From positions 62,001-126,000 of the forward strand of contig NW_027117349.1 in the NCBI RefSeq assembly GCF_038025025.1: a stretch of DNA of 64,000 nucleotides, read 5' to 3'. A program made the translations under genes and the position numbers. Positions 40,050 through 51,130 of the stretch are shown one piece after another. Numbering within the stretch: position 1 is the stretch's first letter; each line of letters opens with the position of its first letter. This DNA comes from Phyllosticta citribraziliensis (lineage: Eukaryota). Under the pieces are notes generated by a model, which ran no database searches, was not told the origin of the DNA, and was given only the letters and a program-made list of their open reading frames with translations.

Positions 40050-40644
40050 GGTTTTGGAGACAAATGCAGCAATGCGCCTCGGGAGTAGCAAACAAAACGA
40101 GGGGAAAGACGGCAGGTGGATGGAAGGCGTCTAGCTCGAGCCAGAGGCTGGCAGCTTTATAACAATGTTTGCAGCAGCAGCGCAGTCGGCATGCCGACTG
40201 CCGGTCACAAGCCCACTTTTGCTCGCGACAACTAGCGCAGCGAAAGAGGCGGCACTGGCGGATCAAAGACAGAGCGTGGAGGTGGATCATGCGATGGCAC
40301 CTTCCGGACGCAGTGCGAGTGCCCAATCGGTTTGGCCACGGCCAAGGGGCAATGCTGGCGGGCGCTGGGCGTGGGGTGTTGGTTTGGACATTGTCAGGTG
40401 GCTGATGAGGCCGGAGTAGTTTTCGCGCGAATCAGAAAGCGTGGGGTAGCTCTGGGGGGCTGGTGATCCCCGCTGCACCTCTGCCCCACCGCTCCCCGTC
40501 TCTGCCCCTCACGACTGTTTTTCCGCCGAAAACCGCTACCTTCAAGGAATCCGGAACGCGATATGCTTCTTCAACTCCTCTCTCCCGCTTCACTCCTCGT
40601 CCTCGTTGACTCGTCCCCTCCTCTCCCCCGCAGCATTCGATCCA
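40050..40644. promoter_or_regulatory. Bidirectional gaaC/gaaA promoter
   Basis: 595-bp spacer between divergent starts. TATAAA on the - strand at 40156-40161, perfect palindrome 40182-40201, near-GARE at 40254-40262, and several SYGGRG (CreA-type) hexamers (e.g. 40276, 40371, 40441). Confidence 0.7.
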
Positions 40645-42048
40645 ATGGCGCCCCTCAACGTTCTCATGGTATTTGTGCCCCGCTTCCACCCGGACACCAT
40701 GCTAACCGCGTCTCCAGGTCGGAACCGGTGAGTACACCACCGGCTTCGTCGGTGGCGGTGCTTCTGGTTCAGACAAGAAGGTTGGCGTTGTTGGGCTTAC
40801 CCTCTTCGATCTCCGTCGGCGAGGCAAAATTGGTGGCCTCTCCATGGTGGGCACTTCAGGAAACAAGTTCCCGGCCATACGTATGCGCAGTCTCACGAAC
40901 GCTCCTTGAGCCCCGCTGAACGATTTCAGGCGATCACTTGCACAAGAACATCACCCAGGTCTACAATGGCCTGGATACCTCGTTTGACTCGTTCCCGGCC
41001 AACGACAGGCGGGACCCAGAAGCCTACAAGGCAGCCATAGACGCGCTCTCGCCCGGCGACGCCATCACCATCTTCACCCCTGATAGCACGCACTATCCAA
41101 TTGCGCTGTATGCCATCGAGCGCAAAATCCACGTGCTGGTCACCAAGCCTGCGGTAAAGACTCTTGAAGACCACCAGAAGCTTTTGGAAGCCGCCCGCAA
41201 ACATGGCGTCTTTGTCTTCGTCGAGCACCACAAGCGATTCGATCCAGCTTATGCCGACGCGCGCTACAAGGCCAAGAAAATGGGCGACTTCAACTACTTC
41301 TACAGCTACATGTCGCAGCCCAAGTCGCAGCTCGAGACGTTCAAAGCCTGGGCCGGAGTGGACAGCGACATTAGCTATTACCTAAACTCCCACCATATCG
41401 ACGTCAACGCATCCATGGTTCCCGACTTCAAGCCCGTTCGGGTTACAGCGAGCGGCGCGAAGGGCATTGCCACGGATCTGGGCTGCGCGCCCCAAACAGA
41501 GGACACCATTACGTTACTTGTTGATTGGGTAAAGAAAGATGATGACTCGAAGCATGCTACGGGAGTCTACACTGCGAGCTGGACGGCGCCGCAAAAGGCT
41601 GGTGTACACAGCAACCAGTACTTTCACTACATGGCGTCCAAGGGAGAGGTCAGGGCAAACCAAGCCAAGAGAGGCTACGACGTGACGGAGGACGACGGAG
41701 GACTGATGTGGTACAACCCGTAAGTCGCCCCTGCGTGGGGGTCCAATGGCTGTGAACGCGCGACGACTGACGCTTTCTGGCAGCTTTTACATGAAATACG
41801 CACCGGACGAGAAGGGCAACTTTGCAGGCCAGAGTGGATATGGCTACATTTCATTCGAAAAGTTTGTCGACGCGATCAACGAGTTGAAGACCGGCGAGAC
41901 GTCTCTTGACGACCTGGACGCTCGTGGTCTCCCAACTCTGAAGAACACTCTCGCAACGGGCGCCATTTTGGAAGCTGGGCGACGATCATTGGATGAGGGC
42001 CGACCTATAGAGATTGTTGAGGAAGATGGATCTTGGCGCTTGAGTTGA
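40645..42048 (+). CDS. gaaA: D-galacturonate reductase (Gfo/Idh/MocA family); 4 exons
   Basis: Exons 40645-40668, 40718-40880, 40930-41719, 41784-42048 give '[35 protein letters not shown]', 'IFTPDSTH', 'VLVTKP', '[10 protein letters not shown]', 'SYYLNSHH'. Confidence 0.92.
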
Positions 42049-42239
42049 ATACGGCTTGAAGAAGTTGAGTCGGTGTTGCATATCATCGGCCATGGTTCGT
42101 TACAGGAGCATTTTCGAAAGGTATAGAGGGACTGCGGTTCTCTGACGCGATATGACATTTCGTCGCCATTTCATGTTTGGCCAGATTCACGAACACTCTT
42201 CCTCGAAGGGGTTTTACAAGAATTTATCATGTCTGGAGC

Positions 42240-42305
42240 TACGATGACATCCAGGGAGCATTCATTCACTACTGCAGATGAAGCTAAGGAGCTGTCGGAC
42301 CCACA
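42240..42305 (+). mobile_element. Degenerate fragment (copy C) of the CACAGTG-ended element
   Basis: ACATCCAGGGAGCATTCATTCACTACTGCAG..GCTAAGGAGC matches the first subrepeat of copy E (ACATCTAGGGAGCATTCATTCACTGCTACAG). The termini are eroded. Confidence 0.55.
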
Positions 42306-42453
42306 ACAACTGCCTGTGTACTGATTCCCATTATTTTGACAGCCTGAGGCTTTTGTTGGGGTACTGACCGCTGGCACCAAGATTCGAGTTCTAACTAAGA
42401 TAGGTAGGCACCCAGCTCCTCATCACTTCTCTCTTTCTCATTGCAACTCTGGC

Positions 42454-42613
42454 TATTGCACTTCTGACTGCGTCTGCCGTGGTCGCACTTTCATCCAAGT
42501 CAACACATTTGTTGATCTGGATCACAGCTCGAATATTGCGCTTCTGGCTGAGTCTGCCATGGTCGCACTTCAATCCAAATCAACAACTCTGTTGATCTAT
42601 ATCACAGCTCGAC
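42454..42613. repeat. Two-copy 80-bp tandem duplication
   Basis: 42454-42533 and 42534-42613 align without large gaps (TATTGC.CTTCTG.CTG.GTCTGCC.TGGTCGCACTT..ATCCAA.TCAACA...TGTTGATCT..ATCACAGCTCGA). Confidence 0.9.
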
Positions 42614-42852
42614 TATTTAGGTCCGTTTTCTCCTTCGACTGATGCCATATTTCGTTCTCTTTCCGTCGTACAAAGCTCCTTCTCATAGCAATTTTCGCAC
42701 TCCGATTAGTTCTCACAGCACCCAAAGCCCTTCCCCCTACAACTCTTGTCACCTCGGCACGACACCCGCTTCTCCGTCAGGTATGTCATCATGATGTTGG
42801 TGTCTAACACAAATCATCGCTAACATGAACAGACCAAGATCATCCCGCCAAC

Positions 42853-43701
42853 ATGGTGCTTCCCTTCCCATACCGTTTGATTACGGCCTGGATCAACAAC
42901 CCAAGCCCCAATCCACTCGACGGTCCAACTTTGGAAGTGGTGGAGGCGCCCTGGACCTGCCAGAGTAGGCCCGACATGGGCACGAGTCTATCCAAGTTCT
43001 GGATCGGGCTGGGGGGATGTTTATCACTCGACATGGCTGCCGATGCATGGCAGAATTCCGGTTTTTCTCCCCGGCTTCTTCACTGTGGCAGCAAAGACCA
43101 CTTGGACAAGTGTGTGGTTGAGTGGTTTGACGCCCGCGCCGCTCACGAGCAGCAGCTCGAGTATTTCGAGACCGTGCTACAATATATCGAGCACAATATC
43201 CTGAACGTGAGGGGAATCGATTATGCGGCTTCCGAGGAGTATATTGCGTACCATCTCTCTAGCCTCCAGGATCTCAACAAAGGATATGGGGGCATCCGCG
43301 ACCAAGAGATCCGGGGAACATACCTGGTCCTGAGCAGCGCCGCCCGGGGTTTTGAGCTTCTTTCCGGTCCCGAAGAACGCATGAGCATCCTCAAGCAGCT
43401 CATGCACTCGTTTGAGGATCTTTTGGTGGTCGAAACTGAAGAGGAGACGACTGGGGTCAGGATCGTCGATCGCGTCAACGCCCTCGTCCGCGAGTATGAG
43501 CGCGTCCTGGACTGGGCCCGGGAATGCGTCACTGCCGGCATCAACGCCCTCCCCCTCAGCGACGAGCGCTTCCTGGACTGGGTCCGAGCAAGCGGCACTC
43601 CTACCACCTCCACCACTACCACTACCACTACTACCACCACTACCACCACCACCACTTCCGAGAACAGCAGCAGCAACAACCACAACAACAACAACAGCTG
43701 A
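42853..43701 (+). CDS. Hypothetical (probably lineage-specific) protein with polyThr/Asn tail
   Basis: 282-aa ORF with coding-like composition. A canonical intron (GTATGT 42781, GCTAAC, CAG 42832) just upstream of the ATG indicates transcription. No family recognised. Confidence 0.55.
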   Translation: MVLPFPYRLITAWINNPSPNPLDGPTLEVVEAPWTCQSRPDMGTSLSKFWIGLGGCLSLDMAADAWQNSGFSPRLLHCGSKDHLDKCVVEWFDARAAHEQQLEYFETVLQYIEHNILNVRGIDYAASEEYIAYHLSSLQDLNKGYGGIRDQEIRGTYLVLSSAARGFELLSGPEERMSILKQLMHSFEDLLVVETEEETTGVRIVDRVNALVREYERVLDWARECVTAGINALPLSDERFLDWVRASGTPTTSTTTTTTTTTTTTTTTSENSSSNNHNNNNS

Positions 43702-45688
43702 AATGGTTGACCAGGAAAGGGACCTTACTGTTCCAGCCCACCAAGGCCAACGACATCGACAAGATACGCGGGTCAAACACATCATGTGGATGGACTGAGT
43801 CCAGTCGCCTCCACCACTCTCTGCATTTCAACATCGGCTACTTTTCCTCCCCATTCCACCCGAGGACCGCAAAATCATCCATCCTCCGAGGCCCGAAACC
43901 CTGGAAGCTCTCCCAGCTCACCGGAGATTCAGGCATGGACCTCATCTCACATCACTCCTGCTTCCTTCTTCACAGCAGCACAATGTGTTTGTTTTCATCT
44001 TTGGCTTTAGTGTACAGGATTGGCATGACATGTGTTGCATTTGTGTTTTATGCCAGGCGCATTTGGATTGGGAAATCAAACGGAAGATACCCCATCAAGA
44101 CTTTGCATTTTTGGAGAGAATCGAAATGGAATGTTCATGAATAGATTATTTTCCACCCTCTTCTTTCTGGCAATGACGTGCTACGGTGATGTTCCCATAT
44201 GGGATCAAGTGTGAGGAAGTATGCTGCAGACTTTGGGTAAGCCTGAGAGGAAGACAGCTAGAAAGGGGTTCAAGGGTACTTCAATTCGAGGTAATTCCTT
44301 CGTACATTTATCAGTTGTCTGCGGCCTGCCTTGATACGCAGCGTTACCCTCGACCCGGATCAGAGAATGATTATTTTCAGTTCCACGAGACCACTGCTTG
44401 ATGAGAGGATGATGGATCCTTTGTGACTTTATTATGGTACTGAAGGGAGAGTCCTTCTAATGCGGTTGTGTGCGAATGTGTCCAGAGATAAGAAAAGATT
44501 GCAACTTATGGTTCGGCCTTGTTTGTGTGTATGTGTGTCTAGGCTGTGGTAGAAGAGATGAGTAAGGTGGTGTGACAAAGAAGCTGAGCTGCCAATTCAA
44601 GAGTTGAATGCTTCTCGCGCGTCCATCAGCCCAGTGCTCCGGAACCGGTACTGTTGCAACAAACAACACCCTATTAGGTTTCTGGTGTTGTCTGTACACA
44701 GCACCTTAATGCTGTCTTCACACAAAAGTAACACAGCGCGCCAAATAATGTATATCCTCTTCTGAATTCCAACGATATATCTGTAGGTGTCCCTGCTTCT
44801 ACTCACCATTTCCAACACACTCATAAAACAGAAAAGACATGCAACAAGCCCTGCCACCGCTCCCTTCCCGCTTTAATCGTCCTTCCATTCTCTCACTTAC
44901 CCCTGCCTCCACCTCCGCCCCTGAAAAATTGCCGAAGTGCCCCCTTATTTTCCCCGTGCACCACACCCCACCAAAAAAAGGACAAAACGTACGGCAGCCG
45001 GGATTCGCTGCTGGTCACCCACGCAACTACTAATCGGCCGCAACGTGGCTTATCTATGGAAGAGCGGACGGGGTTCCGAGTTTTCCACGTGCTATGGTCG
45101 TACGTGAAGGAGAAGCTGGGAACCAAAGATTATGTAGTAAATTGTATTGGGATCGGGAGGAGGGAGCAGGGGAGATTTTGGGTTCTTGCTGTGTCTGGGT
45201 TTGAGGGAATTTAGATTGTATGGTGGTCATCGTGGCGTTGTCGGCATGTGGTGTTGAAAGAAAAGGGTCACGGGAGGAAGTCGAGCGCGACACATGGCTA
45301 GAACATCGCACTATGTGGAAGCCGCGGATCCAGGCGTGCCACCTTGCAGATGGGCAAGGTACTGTTAGTGACGACTGCTTTTTACTCAATCGAGGCCGAG
45401 ACTACCACATGCAATGCTTGAAGCACGAGTACAGCGAACCGCCAGCCGACTTCGATATTGCTACTGGAACTGGTGGGCCTGTTCGCGTTAAACAGAGATA
45501 GAGTGCTCCTCGGTAGGCTTATCGATGAAATTTCCTATTATTCTTACTTTGGTTCCTTCAAACAATTTGTTCGATGACTTTCTCCCCATACTTTTAGTCT
45601 TGATCCATGACGGCACGAAAACGCGACGAAGGTCTTTCCCACTGGCCAAGAACTTACACGGAGAACACTTCCACAACACCTTTCCTCC

Positions 45689-48600
45689 TCATTGAGCCGT
45701 CCACCACATCAACACTCCAAGCGCTCCACTGACAATCAAGTGGAATCCCACACTCCACGCCATGGCATACAGATACTTCGGACTGAAAACCGTCCAAATG
45801 AACAAATGCGTCCGCAAGACTGTGCAAGCAACCATGACAGCCACCAAAGCAGCACCAGTCCAAGCCGTCAAGCGCGCGAAATGAGCCCACCAAAACTCGT
45901 CTGCGCTCTCTTCTTCGCCCTCGGTTTCCGCTCTGGCCTTGCGCCATTTCGAGGCTTCTTTCGACGCCGCGGCGACGGCTTTTTGCTCGTCCATGCCGGA
46001 TTTCGTCAACGTCTCGACGATGCGCTCGTAGCGCTGCGTCTCCATCATGTTGCGCATGACCTTGCGACCACGGATCCAGCGCGCTGCGTCCAGCAAGCCG
46101 AGGACGGACGCACTGGTCCAGAAGATGGGGCCGGCCCAGTTGGAGACGAAAAGGAGGATGCCGACGGCGACGATGTTGTACGAAGCGACGCCGTTGTAGG
46201 CGTTGCTGAGGTCGACGCTCGATATGGCGTTTGAGTTGCCAAGAGCGAAGAACGACGTGTGGGATAGTAAGAGCGCGGAGACGGTCTGTTCCAGCGGAGT
46301 AAGGTTCAGCTGATCCAGATAGCGCTTCTGCGTCTGGAAAAGGAGGATGAGTGGGATGTTGGTTGCGCGCGTTTGCGTCAGCAGAATCAGCGTCAGGAAA
46401 TCGTGGAAGGCGTCGCTGATGAGGGAGCCGGCGCGACGTGGACCCTCGGCGGCCTCGCGAAGGTACACCCATGCGATGCCAATGAAGGCTCCAACGAAGA
46501 CGCAGCGGGCAAGGCGGATCAGGCCTAGGTTTGAAAGGAAGGCCAAGGCAGCCGGAGAGGCACCCCGTACGAGTTCGGGTGCGTCTCGCGCTGTAAAGGA
46601 CAACTTGAAGAGGAATGCGATGGCAACCAAAAGAATGGTGTTGACAGTGGCAAAACTCTGCAGTTGGCGGGTATTCCGAGTCTCGCCTAGGCGGCGCGTA
46701 AGGTGCGTCTTGATGCGCAGGAGCAGGTGTATATAAACCATGCTCACCAGCGTCCAAAGAACGACCGGGTGGTTGAGAATGAAGCTGTGGGCAATGTCTG
46801 GGGCTCCAGCATGCTTTTGCCCAGTCTGATTCCAGCGACGGATGACACGATGGGCCAAGAGCAAAGCTGCAGCCGCAGGCGCAGCCGTCTTGAAGCTCGT
46901 CTTGCGAGCCTTGTTGAGGAAAAGAAGTACGAACCATCCCGTAGTGATCCAGTACCAGAAATGTTGTTCTTCCTCCACATAGCTGCTGGCAAACATCATG
47001 ACACCATAGAGAGCCGCAACTGCCGTGTAAAACAAGCCAGTCGCGGTGATATGCGTCAGGTTGTTCGATAGTGCCAAGAGAGTGAGAACAACACTGATAG
47101 CAGCCAGCGCGGCTCCTGTGACGAGGAGGGTCAAGTTGTAGTTGCTGGCTGTGCTACTGAGTATGTCTTGAGCTGAGCGGCAGAACTAGATGATGTTAGT
47201 GGTAGGTCAAGCTTCGACTGGGTAGGATATCCAACCTCAGCAAGGGGTTCTATGACGTCTTCCGACTTTGGCCGTGAATTGCCTGCAGCTTGGAAAACGT
47301 TCGTGACAGTTCGCCACTTGCAGGCAAGCTCCTCTGCACTGGATGAAGTGGAGACGCATTCGACTGGTGCAAACGGATCGTCGAAAGCTGGGTTAGGGAA
47401 GGTTGCCTTTACAATCTTCAGAATTTGGAGTGCGTTTCTCAGAAGAATTTGAGCCCTATCGTTGCCTACTTACAAGTCAGCTGGGCCATTTGTGCAGAAT
47501 CAAGAGGGAAAGGGATATATCTACCATTCGGCCACAACGGGAGAAAGTCAGTGATGAATACCCCCAAGTTGTTCAGGGGTACGGGGAATCCCAAGAGGCC
47601 GGCCAATGTTGGAGCAATATCAGACTGCTCGACTTTTGAATAGTAGTCAAAGTCGCCCGAAGGATTGGTCGGGCAGGGGAGTCCTTTGGAAATTTTCTTG
47701 AGCTTTGGGGACATGAAAACCAGGGCTGGAGAAGTCTCGCCAGGCGCCGAGCCGCCATGGTTGCCGCCGTCATTCATCCCGTGGTCTCCACATAGGATAA
47801 GGAGAGTCGATTTGAGATGCGATTGGGTCTCAATGGCACTGTACACCTGTTTGACTATGCCGTCCATTTCCGTCTGCTTGGGTATCATATTAGGTCTAAG
47901 AATTGTCAGCCTCCATGAACAAGTTCAACATTTTTGCTCATACCCAAAAGGCCCAGTCTTGTGGCCAATATGATCCAGCCCCAAATAATGCATGATCAAA
48001 GCATTCCAATCTTGTTTGCGCAGCTCATCAGGCACATGTCTTGTCACGTTATTATCGACCTCAGTAAAATCCTGCCAATTTGTCTCAGCTCGATTGATAT
48101 TATATACACATAGCGGGCACCACTGACCGAAACGAAGAAGCTGGAGGTCCCGTCATGGCGTTCGAAAGTCTCAGGAAACAATCTTAGCCAGGTGTCGTCC
48201 CCGTACATTACAAGTTTCCCTGCTTTTGCAGTCTTCAATTGTGCCAGCCACGTATCTTGGTGTGCGAGATTAGAGGAATCATCGGTCTCGGCGAGGTTCA
48301 GAATCACATCGAGGAAAGACGGAATGGAGCCGGTGGTCATGGATTTCACGCGTGGCATCGTAACCGTCGGTGACCTCGCATTGGCTGTAAAAGGAAGCGC
48401 TGCCCCAGAAGAAATCAAACTGCACCTGGTCAGTGTCCATTAGAAATCTGGGGGGGCATTCCAAGTTCTTACCTTTGAGTAAATTCAAACCCAGAGTTGT
48501 TAGAATAGACAAAATCGCTAGCTTGGTCAGTACGAGTATTCCAGCAGGGATCCTCTCACAGCTACCTTCTCAGGGCGTCCACGACCATGAATACGACCTT

Positions 48601-48765
48601 GTCGAATGGAGCTTCCGGAGGAGCTCCATATTCAAGAGCCTCATGCTGGGCAAGGCCTGGAAGAAATGGCTTGTACGGAAAGAAGCCAATGGCGAAGGCA
48701 AGGACGGCGACGGGGAGAAGAAGATTGGCGGCCGCGAGGAGTACCCTTTGGGCGGTTGAGGGCAT
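45689..48765 (-). CDS. GPI7: GPI ethanolamine-phosphate transferase 2 (Gpi7/Las21/PIG-G); about 7 exons
   Basis: 'GFFPYKPFLPGLA', 'FDKVVFMVVDALRSDF', 'PTVTMPRVKSMTTGSIPSFLD', 'YGDDTWLRLFP', 'HYLGLDHIGH', 'GDHGMNDGGNHGGS', 'SSYVEEEQHFWYW', 'RTHLFIWTVFSPKYLY'. Confidence 0.93.
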
Positions 48766-49123
48766 GACGGAGTTTTGCGCGGCGTCACGATGGGCAATCC
48801 GGTCACTCCATCGATGCAAGTTGGCGGGTGGAGATGGCTTGGAAGCTCCCTGGCGCGCAAGCGTCGCGAAATCACAAGGCGGCAGTCCTCGGCCGCCGTG
48901 GGGGCCGCAGGGGTCATGTTGCCGCAACGTCACCGATTCAGGAACCGCCCGCCGCGCCAGCGACCAGGTAAGCCCTCCCAACAACCCGGAGCCTTTGAGC
49001 TTTGCCGTCTCTCGCAGACCTTTTCAATTCGACCTTTGTTCGTGCTGCAATGCCACGGCTGCACCAGCAGTAAACCTACCCCCCTCGATATCGACGCGCA
49101 TCTCTCCAACCCACATTTCCATC

Positions 49124-51130
49124 ATGGCGCCGCCTGTTAGCTTCACAAAGGCTACCTTGTCCTACCCCGTTTTCGCCGCCGACTTCGATCCCTACAACAG
49201 AGGCTACCTGGTTGTCGCTGGAGGAGGCGGTGAAAATCGCAGCGGTGTTCCAAACAAAATCACGCTGCTCGATGCCTCTTCGCGCTCGACTCTCGACGTC
49301 GTGTCGGAAATCGACCTTCCTCGCGATGAAGATGCGGTAATGTCCTTGGCCAACCTGGCCTCCAAGGACGGCCTCGTCACTTTGGCTGGCATCAACTCAT
49401 CAGAGAAGAGCCGCTTGGGCGACAACAACCAGCACTTGCGCGCTTTTGCAATCGATTATCCAAAGAGAACAAAGAATGCCGAGGGCTCGGAGGATAAAGC
49501 CCAAGGTCAAGAGGAAGGAACTATATCTCCTGCAGGCAAGACAAAGCTGTTCAAGAATCCTACTGCAGAGGCTTCCAAGAAAGAAAACTACCAGCGCATC
49601 CTTCGACTGTCTCCGGCGCAAAAGCGCGAATCCGCGAGCAAGAGAATAGGTGCTATCGCGACAGGCCTCAACCCAGAGTCGGAACTTGTTATCTTCGACG
49701 CGACCACCGCAACACCCACGAACGCCGAAGTCATACAAAGGATATATCCCAAAGAGGGCAAGGAAATCAACGACATTGACATCGCCGAAGAGTCTGAGGG
49801 CGAATTCTCGGTGACATATTGCACGGACTATCAGGTGTTCGTCCGACGGTTCGGATACGACTTCGCGAAGAAGAAGAGCGACTCGAAAAGCAAAAGTGAG
49901 GGTGAAATGGTTGCCTACACCTTACCATTCAACGATGTTTTTACGCCGGGACCGAGACCTATCATCAAGTACCTCCGATTTCTCACACCGCACCACATCC
50001 TCCTCTGCGCCAACCTGCCACAACGCAAAGGGGCCGAACTGCTCGTACTACGCAAAGAACCATTCCGGCCAGGCGAGATCATTCTCCGGAAGAAGCTTCC
50101 AAAGCGCATAAAGGCTGCCAGTGGCTTGGATGTCTGCGCGCTTGATGTGGACCGCAATACTGGTGCAAGGCAGATTGTTGTTGCCGTGGCTGGACATGAT
50201 ATTTCCATCGAGGTCTACACCCTGGATTATTCGGGCGACAAGACCGACTCCATAAGCAAGTTCTCCAGCTTTACGACACTCCGAGATGTGCATCCCATTC
50301 AGATGACGAAGCTTGCTTTCTCCAAGTTCCATTCCCCTTGGCCAATTTCTTCGTCAGAGACGCCAAAGAGCCCGGGGCCTCAATATCTGCGTCTGGCATC
50401 AACCTCACTTGGCAACACTGTTGTCGTAGACACCTTCTCCCTCAGCCCTGTCCAGCCTAGGAAACCCTATTCCCGCTATGTTCTCACGAGACCACGTGGC
50501 GCCGTCTCGGCGGTGTTTGATACCGGCTTCCCACTCCTGGTCATCGGCTTCGCGCTCTTGGTCACTCTTCTGCTCTTCCAGTCTTACATCGACATGCGTT
50601 CAAATGCAAATGGCTATCCCAACACCATTCAACTCGTGCCAGAGAGCCTGAGGAGTGCTCTTGCGAGAATGAATGTACCGCTGCCACCTGGCGCTCGAGT
50701 TCCTCAGATCAATGTTAGCCCCACAGAAGCGTCAGCCTCCTTGGCTTCTGTAGGCACCGAAGCCACGGAGAAGGCAAAGGCATCAGTTTTTCGCCTCCAG
50801 GATGTTTTGCAACAATACTCTATCTACCCCTCGTCAGGCTCCAACAGTGACGCAAAGGCAATCGTCATTCGTCAAGACTCCGGTTCTTCGCCTGATGAGG
50901 AAGAACCTCGCTTTGAGACCGCCGTCTTTGACTCAACGGCCGACGCACAACGTGCGGATCCGGAAGCGAAGCAATGGGACGAGCTCAGTGAGGAGCAACA
51001 GCAGAAGTGGAAGCAACGATTGCTTGCGGCTGGCGCGTGGACGGTGGAAGAGGGAGAGACGATACTCAAGGTGGTAATGTGGAGAGAGGTCGCAAAGTTT
51101 GTAGGCGGTGTAGTGAATGAAGCCCTCTGA
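49124..51130 (+). CDS. SEC12: Sec12/PREB-like WD40 guanine-nucleotide exchange factor for Sar1, with single TM helix
   Basis: N-terminal 'LSYPVFAADFDP..LVVAGGGGENRSGVPNKITLLD' (K-loop GGGG motif), beta-propeller-like body, TM 'GFPLLVIGFALLVTLLLFQSYI'. ATG at 49124. Confidence 0.85.
   Translation: MAPPVSFTKATLSYPVFAADFDPYNRGYLVVAGGGGENRSGVPNKITLLDASSRSTLDVVSEIDLPRDEDAVMSLANLASKDGLVTLAGINSSEKSRLGDNNQHLRAFAIDYPKRTKNAEGSEDKAQGQEEGTISPAGKTKLFKNPTAEASKKENYQRILRLSPAQKRESASKRIGAIATGLNPESELVIFDATTATPTNAEVIQRIYPKEGKEINDIDIAEESEGEFSVTYCTDYQVFVRRFGYDFAKKKSDSKSKSEGEMVAYTLPFNDVFTPGPRPIIKYLRFLTPHHILLCANLPQRKGAELLVLRKEPFRPGEIILRKKLPKRIKAASGLDVCALDVDRNTGARQIVVAVAGHDISIEVYTLDYSGDKTDSISKFSSFTTLRDVHPIQMTKLAFSKFHSPWPISSSETPKSPGPQYLRLASTSLGNTVVVDTFSLSPVQPRKPYSRYVLTRPRGAVSAVFDTGFPLLVIGFALLVTLLLFQSYIDMRSNANGYPNTIQLVPESLRSALARMNVPLPPGARVPQINVSPTEASASLASVGTEATEKAKASVFRLQDVLQQYSIYPSSGSNSDAKAIVIRQDSGSSPDEEEPRFETAVFDSTADAQRADPEAKQWDELSEEQQQKWKQRLLAAGAWTVEEGETILKVVMWREVAKFVGGVVNEAL

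Noticed and set aside
44839..45214. Possible small two-exon gene between the orphan ORF and GPI7
   Set aside because: A donor-like GTACGG and branch-like TACTAAT exist, but no convincing acceptor or frame and no recognisable protein could be established.
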